NCBI GenBank assembly: GCA_050613775.1
Contig: JBODTK010000150.1
Location: forward strand, 62,001-126,000
Direction of reading: 5' to 3'
Length of the DNA: 64,000 nucleotides
Origin: Neocallimastix sp. 'constans'
Lineage: Eukaryota
Shown here: one piece after another, positions 25,579 to 36,563 of the stretch
How the letters are laid out: the number at the start of each line of letters is the position of its first letter
Position numbering within the stretch: position 1 is the first letter of the stretch
Position numbers and translations under genes: made by a program
The notes under the pieces: model-generated
Seen by the model: the letters and a program-made list of their open reading frames with translations, nothing else
The model's database searches: none
What the model was told of the DNA's origin: nothing

Positions 25579-28441
25579 CAATTTAATTAAGGAATTAATC
25601 TATTATTCACATTATATTAAAAACTTTAAAAAAAAAATAAACTTATTCTTCTTATTTTATAATAATATTAATATTAATTATTGTCATTTAATTATTAATT
25701 AATAGATATAGATGTATATTAGAATTAATTATTATTTGGAAAATTTTAATATGAAAAATTATATATATATAAACAAAAAAAAAAAAAAATTATTTGAATA
25801 ATTATAAAAGTAGTTTTTATTATTATATTATCCTTTATTAATTAAAATATATTCTTCTTTTTATTATTTATTTAAATTTTATAAAGATAAGTAACTCTTT
25901 TTTTACACACTTTTTTTACACATTAATTTTTATTTATATTATAGTATATACTACTTTTATTCATTTTTTTTTATTTATATTTTATTTTTTTTAACTAATA
26001 AATTTTTTTTTAAAGTATATACTCAAAATTAAATATATTTATTTGATCAGAACTAAGTAAACATGTATATATAATCAAAATATGAAAATAAAGTAAAAAA
26101 AATTTTACAAATCGATCTTTTGATAATATTCAGCAATAATTTATTTAATACTCAAACATTTAAAATTATTTAGATATAGATCACAATAAGAGATTATAGA
26201 CTTTTATTAGAACTTTTTTTTGTTTTGTTTTGTTTTGATGAAAACATGATCTAAAAAAAAAAAGAAGAGAAAAAATTATAAATAAAAATTTGAATATAGT
26301 TTTTGATATGAAAAAATAATCAAAAATATATTCATCGAACTTTTTTTTTTTTTTTTTATTATAAAAAATATTTTAATAGAAACATATATTTTTATTTTAT
26401 TTTTTATTTTATTTATTTTTTGATGGAAAATTGATCAAAAATTTATAAACGCTTCGAATTTTTTAAGTTTTATTAATAAAAAGTTTTGCTAATAAATATT
26501 ATTAATATTTTTTTTTATATTATTATTTATTTATTCTAACTGAACACTGTTAAAAATTTTTTAAAAAATTTTTATTTAAATACAACTTTATTTACACATA
26601 CACAAAAAGAGAGAAAAAACATAAACTAAAAAGAAAAAAAAAAAAAGTAAAAATTATTTATATATATCTATATTTGTTGATCATAATTATTACTTACTAA
26701 TTTTTTAGGGTGTCTATTATTTTTATTATTATAATGATAAATATATTTAGTTTTTTTAATTGTGGTATATAGAAAAATATATTATATTTTTTATATAGAC
26801 TTTATTTTTTTATCATATCAAGAAAAATTGTTATTTTTTTTTTTATAGTTGATTATAGTTCAAATATTTATTTATTTATTTATTTATATTGATTTTATTT
26901 ACAGTTTTTCAAATATTTTATTATATTTTAATAATTATTTTTTTTCTTGTATTTTATTTACCTTTGTTCCTATGTTATACTTTTTTTTTTATTATATATA
27001 TTATTATTATTTTTATTTATTTGAATAGTTTAATAGAAGCAAAAAAAATTTTTTTTTCCTTTGTATATCAATTTCTTTGTTAATAAAATTTTTTATAATG
27101 AATAGGATAATAATAACTATTTATTTTGTTTCTTTTTATTTTATTTATTTTTTTTTGGTATTACATATCTTTATTTAATTAATTTCTGGCCTTTTTCATA
27201 GAAAGCCAAATAGTTTAAGAAAGAAAAAAAAAAAAAAACGAAAAGAAAAAACACTAATCATTTTTAATGTTAAGTATTATTAACACATCAAACAAATGAA
27301 AGAAACTAATACATAATATTTATATATTGTATAATGAAATTTAAATTATTTATGCATTCATATATATAATTTATTAAATTTCTTATTCTATTTAAATAAA
27401 TTATTTATAAATTTATTCTATCTACTTTAAGTAAGAAAAATTTATCTTTTGATATATATTAATTTGTCTCGAATTTTATTTATTAATAAAAACTATTAAT
27501 TTATGATATAATTATATTATGTATATTATTCATAATACTCCTTAATATAATACTTATATTAGATTTTATTAATAATTTTTATTTATTATATGTTTATTTA
27601 TTTTTATTATTTATATCTATTATTTATATATTTAATTGTTTTATATTTTTAGACTCAAATAAATATGAAATAAACTGTTAAAATAAAAAAAAAAAAATAC
27701 AAAAAAGGTTAAATTTTGTATGTTAAATAATGATTCATAAAATCGAGAAATATATATTTTTGGAAAAGAGGATAAATAAACATTTTTGCTTTTTTTTTTT
27801 TTTTTTTTTATTAATGTAAAGTTTATTTGGATATTATCCATATTAATAAATAAACAAATAAATAAACAAATAAATAAATAACAGCTTAATTACCTATTTT
27901 ACTATTAAGGAAATAGTTTATTTAATGAATTATTGGTTCCAAAAAAAAGGTAAAATATAAATTAACCTAATTATTTTTATTCTTCATTTTTTCAATTTTT
28001 TTTTTTTTTTTATTAATAATATATAATTAAAAATTATATGAAATTGCAAATTATTTAATACGACTTATTATTATTATCATAATTCTGAATATTTGTAATA
28101 AGTTAAATAAAAGTGCTGTAAATTAGTAACATTTATAGAAAATATATATTTTTTTTGTTTTAATATTATTTTAAAAACAAAGAAAAAAAATTATATTATT
28201 GATATGATGAATATAGGTAAAGTATATAAAAAAAATTATATGTATTATTCAATCTCTATATAAGTTTATGTTAAAATTTATAATATACAAAATGACAACA
28301 CATTTATTTAATACATTGTATATATATATATATAGAAGTTTTTTCTTTATATATAAATGATTAATCTATATATTAAATATACCTTATATATATATAAACA
28401 AATATGTAAAAAATATATATATGAATATTTTTTCTTATTCA

Positions 28442-29130
28442 TTAATTTTCTTCATAGGGAATGTCTTCGATAGGTATAATAATTAATCCAAAGTTACATA
28501 TAGGTACATTTTCATATCTATCCTTACAATTTAAAGATATACTACTTCGATGATTGAAATTGAGATATTACTGTATATGCTATTTCGAATATTTTCGTTA
28601 TTTGTGTATTTATTGCTTGTAGAAATAGTTTCAGTTTTACATATACATATATTACTACAAATATATGTTACCTTTGTTTTCATCTATAATAGTACATAAA
28701 TCTTTGGAAAAATAGGATCAACAATATTATTTTTTTTCTTAATTTTTATTCTTTAATATATATATATATATTTTAGCAAATTGTTTTAATAGTAATTAAT
28801 TAAGGTAGAATTTAATTGATGAATATATATATATATTATTTATTTATTATTAATTATTTCTTATATCTTATTAATTATTTATTATTTATCATATATGAAT
28901 ATATTTATTTATTAGCATTTATATTTAATAATATTTGTATTTATATTATATTTATTTCTTAATATCATAATGAAATCGATATAAATTAAGAAAGTATATT
29001 TACCACTTCCTCAATAGTCACATAGAAAATTACAAAGGATATTAATAGATATTATTACGAATGAAAAAAGTTTTTTCATGACAAATAATCGTTAATTTTG
29101 ATCAATTATTTTATTTACTGTATCACTGTT
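28442..29130 (-). pseudogene. Possible decayed gene fragment of unknown family
   Basis: GC-elevated patches read on the minus strand as ...SKDLCTIIDENKGNIYL*, KTETISTSNKYTNNENIRNS... and NHRSSISLNCKDRYENVPICNFGLIIIPIEDIPYEEN* in shifting frames. A possible GTAAAT donor lies near 29000. Confidence 0.3.
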
Positions 29131-29725
29131 TTTCATCTAATTTATTACACTTTCTAATTAAAATATAATATTCATAATATTTTTCGAAATTAAAGATTTA
29201 AAAATTTATTATTTATTTTCTTTTATTTATATATAAAAATTTATAAAATTTTATTACAAAAAAAGAAATTATTACAAATATAAAATTAACTGATTTTATT
29301 AATAATTCAAAAAGACTGTATTTTTAACTTTTACAGGAAGAAAGTTATATCAAATTGAAAAGTATTTCATTTACTTTGCTAAGTTCTTTTAGTACTATTT
29401 TACATTTAATGGAAAGGATTCATTTATAAAAGAAATAATAGTGATAAATAATAATGATAATTATTATGAATTAACTAAATTCATTGATGATAAAACTGTA
29501 GTAACTTTTTGATGTTGAAATCAATCCTAAAAACTCTTTAAATAACAAAATAAATATTATTAGATCATATTGAAAAAAGATAAAATTAAAATTAACAATG
29601 AAACTATACACCAGAATTAAAAATATATAAATAATGAATTGAATAATTATATCTGTATACATTCAAAAATAATCAAAGATTATTTTTACATATAGTTTAA
29701 TATTATTTATAAGCTTCGACAAGAC

Positions 29726-29756
<31 letters not shown>

Positions 29757-29913
29757 TTCATATATATTGTATTTTAATATAGTTAAAATCAAAAGAATCA
29801 ATTATATTGTAACAATCATATTATTATTAAATATATATATAATAATAAATTAATAAATCATATAAAAATATAAATAACAATATATATTAATAATTAAAAT
29901 ATAAAAATATTTA

Positions 29914-30133
29914 AATAATAATAATAATAATAGTAACATCAACAATAATAATAATAACAACAACAACAATAATAATAATAACAATAATAATAAAACAACA
30001 ACAACAACAACAATAATAATAACAACAACAACAACAATAATAATAACAACAACAACAACAATAATAATAATAATAACAACAACAACAACTATATAATAAT
30101 AACAATAATAATAATAATAATAATAATAATAAT
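29914..30133. repeat. (AAT/AAC)n trinucleotide tract, continuing at 36312-36563 and 41038-41140
   Basis: Directly visible; interrupted by two copia insertions. Confidence 0.95.
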
Positions 30134-30471
30134 TGTTAAAGTATTAAATAATATAAATAAATAAACTTAACAATTTAAGTTTATAATTAAATAATAGAAA
30201 ATATAAATCATAAACATTTATGTAAAAACTAAACTTAAAATGTAAATTAACATTATTTATGTTAATACATAATTAAATGTAAATCATTAATTTATCATGC
30301 GCATGTAAATAATCTCTTTATTCTTGTTTATTCACGTGAAATAATAATATAGTTTATATAAAAATATTTGTTTATTCTTTAGACGAAAATTCGCGACTTT
30401 CGTCAATATAATATTTTATAATAAATAAATAAATGTATGAATAATTAATAATTAAATAAATTTCTTTAATA
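30134..30471 (+). repeat. 5' LTR of copia B
   Basis: TGTTAAAG...CTTTAATA; identical to the 3' LTR except C30215 vs T36055. Confidence 0.97.
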
Positions 30472-30486
30472 GATTAAGAGTCTCAT
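30472..30486 (+). other. Primer-binding site complementary to the tRNA-Lys(CUU) anticodon arm
   Basis: GATTAAGAGTCTCAT lies immediately after the LTR. Its reverse complement reads A-TGAGA-CT-CTT-AA-TC. Confidence 0.85.
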
Positions 30487-30638
30487 TTGTACTCTTAACA
30501 TTCTCATAAAACAAAGATAAAATAATATAAAATATCTTTAATAAAATAAAATAATAATTAAATAAAATATAAATAAAATTGTTTAATATAACACAAAATT
30601 GTTTTTAATAAAACACAAAATCATTATAATACTAATTT

Positions 30639-30680
<42 letters not shown>

Positions 30681-30691
30681 ATAAAATATTT

Positions 30692-33600
30692 ATGAACGAA
30701 TCTTTATTTTTCAAAAAGGAAGCCATATTGAATGGCAAAAATTATAACATATGGTATGATAGTTTGAAAGATGTCCTCGAAAAGGATGGCTTAGAGGAAT
30801 ATCTAATAAAAGATGTAGTAAAAGAAAAAGAAAAGGCCACAAATAGTAATGCGGACGATATAGAAAATGCAAGAAGGAATAATACAAAAGTCCGCTACAT
30901 CATAAAAAATACCATATGTACCAAAATTCATGAGGACATAATCGGAATGACTACCCCTCGTGAAATAATCGAATATTTAGAAGGGGAGTACAAACTCAAT
31001 GAAAATGATATGACTCAATGGATGAATAAATTAAGAGAAGTAAAAGCGAAGAAAGAGGAAGATATTCCATTTACCTTAAAAAGACTATTTAAATTATTTA
31101 AAGGTATGGAATCTTCCGGAAATAATATTTTAGAAAAGGAAAAAGTTAAATACATATTAAAATCATTGCCTACAAGTTACAAAAAGAAAATAACATTAAA
31201 TGGCAATGAAAATGCTGAAAATCTTAGGACCACCATCGTAAACGACATAAACACCTGGATTTATGTCGACGATGTTACCCAAAATGGAAATGACTCTGAT
31301 GATCCGATGGATATAGATTATGCTGGGAAACTTGGACACAAGGATAGGAAAAATTTAAAAAACAAGAACAATAATAAAAATTTTCCCAAAAAAGGAAATC
31401 CAAGTAAACAAAACAATAAAGATAAATTTAATAGTAATAAATATAGCAATAATAATAAATTCTGTGAAATATGTGAAAAAGGAGGCCATTCCACCAAAGA
31501 ATGTAGATATAATCCAAGAAATCCAAAAGGATTATATAACAAGTACTACATTCAAGATGAACAAAAATACAGAAACAATTATCATCCACATTATAATGGG
31601 CAAAATGGAAGAGCCGTTAGATACATTAATTTAAATAATGAATACAACGAAAATGTATCGTATGATGATATCCGCCCAATGTTTTATAAATATTATAATC
31701 CTAAAAGCAAAGGAAAATATGTGGATGATGATGATTCAGATGAATATCAAGAATCTGAAAAATCAAATTGTTTCATAAATTATGATAAAGAAGACGTTAA
31801 AAATGAAGTTTTAATTAAAAATAATATAATAACACGAGTAGAAAATAAATTAAATTTAGCTAAAGAAATTTTTATAAATAATATTAATAAAAAGGAAATA
31901 AATACAAATAATACAAATGAAATTTTTAATATTAATTACAATAAAAAGGAAACATCAGAATGGTTATATGATTCAGGTGCTGGTGAACATATAACTAATG
32001 ATCTAAGTCTGCTTAAAAATTTTAAAAAAGAAAAAATAAAGTTAAGATGTGCAAATAATACTTATTGCTATTTTGAAGGCCATGGTGAATTTGAATTTAC
32101 TATTAATAATTATCATTTTAAATTTAACAAAGTATTATATTCAAAAGAAGTAGCTAAAAATATTATTAGTGGAATAGAATGGGCAAAACAAGATGTTAAA
32201 ACCTTGACAGAAAAGGATAAACACAATAATATTATCCTCAGAATTTTAGATAACAATTATAATATTATTGCCACATTCCAAGCTAATAATAACAATGAAG
32301 TTAAAATTGTAGTTACTCATTTCAATATTGAAAACGAAAGAAACTCTAAGAATAATATTATGGCAATTCAAAATTTTCGTAATGCTGAAGAACTAATTTG
32401 GCATCGACGGCTTGGCCATTTCTACCAAGAAGATTTGAAAAACTTCCTAAACCATCATGAAATTAACTTAGATAAGTGTGACGATTGCAGAATCGCGAAA
32501 ATGAAACGCAATCCACACAATAAAATTCCTCCCAGAGCCAAAGAAATATTAGAAGTTATCCACTCGGATATTATTGGTCCAATTAACACATCATACACAG
32601 GAAAAAGGTTTATACTAACTATCCTAGATGAAGTATCAAGAAAATCATGGGTCTTTATTATGAAGAGTAAATCAGAAGCTACAGACATTATCATTAATAC
32701 CTTAAGAATGTTAAATAATAAATACAAAGATTATAAAATAAAAGTTTTTAAATCTGATAACGAAGAAAATTGATTACTTTTGCAATGAAAATGGAATAGA
32801 AAAGGTTTTTTCTCCCCCGTATAATCCAGAAAATAACGGATTATGCGAAAGATTTAACTTAACTATTGTTTCCTGCGCAAAAACCTTGCTATATTGGAGT
32901 GGACTAAGCGAAAATTTTTGGGACTTCGCGATATTATATGCCAATTATATATACAACAAAGTTCCTCATTCTGGAATTCATAATAAAATTCCAGATGAAA
33001 TCTTCTATATGAATAAAGTAAAAATTAATCATATCAAAGTATTCGGATGCATCTCTTTTTATATTGACAGAAGTCAAAACAAATCAAAATTTTCACCTAA
33101 TTCCAAGAAAGGAATTTTTCCTTGGGTTTAGTGAAAAATCAAACAGTTACATCATTATGGATTTTCACGATTATTCAATCCACTACTGTAGAGAAATATA
33201 CTGTCTTGAGGATACTCCTGCTAATATTAAATTAGCAAATAATAAAATTAATCAATATGGGGACCAAGACTTTCTAGCCTTTGATTTCTATTTTTCAAAA
33301 AATTCACCACAATTTTCTGGGGAAGACAATCTAGATCATAGCCATCACAATGACAAATCTTCTGAAAATAAATATAACGGAAATTTCAAGAAAAATAACA
33401 AAAATTTGGGACCTTCTTCAAAGAAATTACCTACTGGACTTAATGAACAAATTCATAAAAATTCAAATAACGAACATTTACCCAAAAAAGACAAAGGTAA
33501 AAGCCCAGCAACTGAGGATCAAAATGATACCAATATTTCTAATAATATCGGTAAGGACATTCCTACAAAAATTCAAGAAGAAGAGGACCAAAATGTCAAA

Positions 33601-35961
33601 AATCAAGATAATTTCAAAAATTCATCTGATGAAAATTTTTCTGATAATAAAAATTTTTCAAAAAATGAAGAAAATTCAATAATCAAAGACAAAAATTTAA
33701 ATGAAACCTTATCAAATAATAATTTTAATCATGTGAAAAATTTTTCTGGAAATTCAAATAATAATAAAGTTAGAATTTCTAAAACTCTAAATAATAATGA
33801 AATTTTTGATGAAGAAAAATTTTTTGATATTAATGACGAAACCTTAATTAATATGAAATTTAATAATCAAGAAAAAGTCAATGAACAAACCAATATGTCT
33901 TCTAATAAATCTAATATAAATATAGATAATTTTAATAAAAATTTTTCTGAAACAAATATTAAAAATAATATATCTACCAATACTACTAACAATATATTGC
34001 AATCAAAAAATTTATCAAACTCAAATTATTATAATTTTCCTTCTTCTTCTCAAGGAAACACTATGTTTAATAGAAATAATATTATCTCTTCTTACATTGA
34101 CAAAAAGTTCCCTTTTAACGGCAGAAGAAGTGTTAAAGAATTACACATAGATAACCAAAATTCTTTTAATACTAATCCTTTCAATAGAATTAATTTACTT
34201 CATCATAGGAGTAACTTTCATTTCAAAAATAATAAAAATTTTGAAAATGGAAATATCGATTATTTATTTTCAAATAATCAATATAAAATTAGGAAAAATA
34301 ATTTTTTACATGATAATAATCATTTTAATTTTAATTTTCATAAAAGGTCACTTTCAGACGATTTAACACCTTCCCAATCGCAAAAATTTCGTAGATCAAA
34401 CTTTAATTCTAAAATTATTGCTTCCTTGGAAAATTTTGTGCCACAATCATTTTTCCAAGCCACAAATTGCAAAGACCATGTTCTATGGGAAAAAGCTATG
34501 GATAATGAACTTGATAATCTTTACGCCAATAAAATTATGACTTTTGTTAATACTATTCCAGATGGTAAGAAACCTATTCCTTCCAAATGGGTTTACGCTC
34601 TTAAAACCGATGGCCTTGGACATGTAATTAAACATAAAGCCCGCTTTGTTGCTAAAGGCTTTATTCAAAAATATGGTATTGATTACGAAATGACTTTCTC
34701 ACCTACTTTAAATATTGATTGTCTTAAGCTTCTTATCCCTCTCGCTGCTAAATTTAAATGGGATATTCTACAATTAGATATCAAAGCTGCGTATCTCAAC
34801 GCGAATTTAGACAAGGACATTTACGTTAAAATTCCCCCTGGAGATCCTAACTTTGGGAGGGGATATTGGAAACTAAACAAAGCACTGTATGGTTTAAAAC
34901 AATCTGGCCGACAGTGGTATAAAACTATTTCAAAATTTTTAATAGAACAAGGAATGGAGCAACTAAAATCCGAAAGTTGTGTTTTTAAGAAAGTTATTAA
35001 CAGAAAATTAGTTTGTATAATAGGCTTATATGTAGATGATATGATTGTTACTGGCGAAAAGGAAGAAATTAACAAAATTTTCAATAAAATTAAAAATAAA
35101 TTTAAAATCTCAAAATCTGGACCGATTGACTACTTATTAGGAATTAAAGTCGAAAATAATAATAAAACATATTCATTATCACAAACTCAATTTATAAACA
35201 ATATTCTAAAAAAATTTAATATTAACAACCAAAGAGTAAGAAGAACACCATGTGTTGGTGACAATACTAAATCTGAAAATAATCAACCATTCGACAAAAC
35301 CAAATATAAAAGTGCAATTGGTATGTTAATATATTTATCAAAATGTACCAGACCCGACATTGCATTTTCAGTTAATAAAGCCACTAGAAATTCAGAAAAT
35401 CCAACAGTATCTGACTGGCACAAAGTTATAGCTATATTACAATATTTAAAAGACACTAAAAATTATAAAATTAAATATGATGGCACTGGTAACATTGTAG
35501 GTTACACAGATTCAGACTTCGCTGGTGATGTTACTGACAGAAAATCAACATCAGGTAATATTATCTTAATGGGAAATAATCCAATATCCTGGACTTCGAA
35601 AAAACAGTCAGTTGTCGCCACATCAACAGCAGAAGCTGAATACATAAGTGCATCAGTATGTATAAAGAAATTATTAAGAATTAAAAATATCTTATATGAA
35701 TTATTCAAATTTAACAAACCACTAACATTATTCACTGATAATAATGCAAGTAAAATTTCAATGGAAAATGGGGAATTAAATCCAAAATTAAAACATATTT
35801 CAATCAAATATCATTTTAATAAAGACAATATTGAGAAAAATTTAATTAAATTAAAATATATCAGTACCGATAAAATGCTAGCTGACACATTAACAAAATG
35901 CGTTAATGGAACTAAAATGACAACCTTTGCAAATCAAATTTTCATTACAAATGAAAACTGA
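30692..35961 (+). pseudogene. Copia gag-pol polyprotein broken by two frameshifts (~32762 and ~33120)
   Basis: Gag knuckle CEICEKGGHSTKEC, protease WLYDSGAGEH, integrase WHRRLGH/CDDC, HSDIIGP, KSDN and NGLCERFN, RT YGLKQSGRQW and YVDD (35029-35040), RNase H YTDSDFAG/TAEAEY/TDN. Spread over ORFs 30692-32773, 32886-33131 and 33064-35961. Confidence 0.95.
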
Positions 35962-35973
35962 TTTGAGGGGGAG

Positions 35974-36311
35974 TGTTAAAGTATTAAATAATATAAATAA
36001 ATAAACTTAACAATTTAAGTTTATAATTAAATAATAGAAAATATAAATCATAAATATTTATGTAAAAACTAAACTTAAAATGTAAATTAACATTATTTAT
36101 GTTAATACATAATTAAATGTAAATCATTAATTTATCATGCGCATGTAAATAATCTCTTTATTCTTGTTTATTCACGTGAAATAATAATATAGTTTATATA
36201 AAAATATTTGTTTATTCTTTAGACGAAAATTCGCGACTTTCGTCAATATAATATTTTATAATAAATAAATAAATGTATGAATAATTAATAATTAAATAAA
36301 TTTCTTTAATA
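35974..36311 (+). repeat. 3' LTR of copia B
   Basis: Follows the PPT; matches the 5' LTR. Confidence 0.97.
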
Positions 36312-36322
36312 ATAATAATAAC

Positions 36323-36369
<47 letters not shown>

Positions 36370-36443
36370 TAATAATAATAATAATAATAATATAATAATA
36401 ATAATAATATCAACAAAACAACAACAACAACAACAACAACAAC

Positions 36444-36479
<36 letters not shown>

Positions 36480-36563
36480 GATAATAATATTAATAATAAT
36501 AACAATAACAATAACAACAACAAAAACAATAATAATAATAACAATAGCAACATTAATAATAAT

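Larger units (their letters stand above)
17758..27991. repeat. Large degenerate inverted repeat: arms ~17.76-21.45 kb and ~24.76-27.99 kb around a ~3.3-kb core
   Basis: Four module pairs in mirror order: 17758-17791 vs 27959-27991; ~18779-18801 vs ~26950-26972; ~20005-20027 vs ~26418-26441; 103-bp array vs 51-bp array. Confidence 0.75.
30134..36311 (+). mobile_element. Young, near-intact Ty1/copia LTR retrotransposon, family B
   Basis: 338-bp LTRs at 30134-30471 and 35974-36311 with one visible mismatch; PBS 30472-30486; PPT GAGGGGGAG 35965-35973; ATAAT on both flanks; complete gag-PR-IN-RT-RH domain set. Confidence 0.98.

Noticed and set aside
29911..30105. Cys/Tyr/Ile-rich ORFs here and at 36306-36578 and 42022-42252
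   Set aside because: Antisense readings of AAT/AAC trinucleotide tracts.
30129..30133. ATAAT target-site duplication as independent evidence of copia B boundaries
   Set aside because: Consistent, but uninformative because both flanks are (AAT)n. TSDs of A1 (AAATT/ATATC) and A2 (ATAAT/ACAAC) do not match.
32756..32800. Programmed frameshift or stop read-through between gag and pol
   Set aside because: The break lies inside the integrase catalytic core and shortens the D-E spacing, so it is a lesion rather than recoding.
31318..35807. Minus-strand and alternate-frame ORFs within copia B
   Set aside because: Shadows of the gag-pol frame with no independent motifs.
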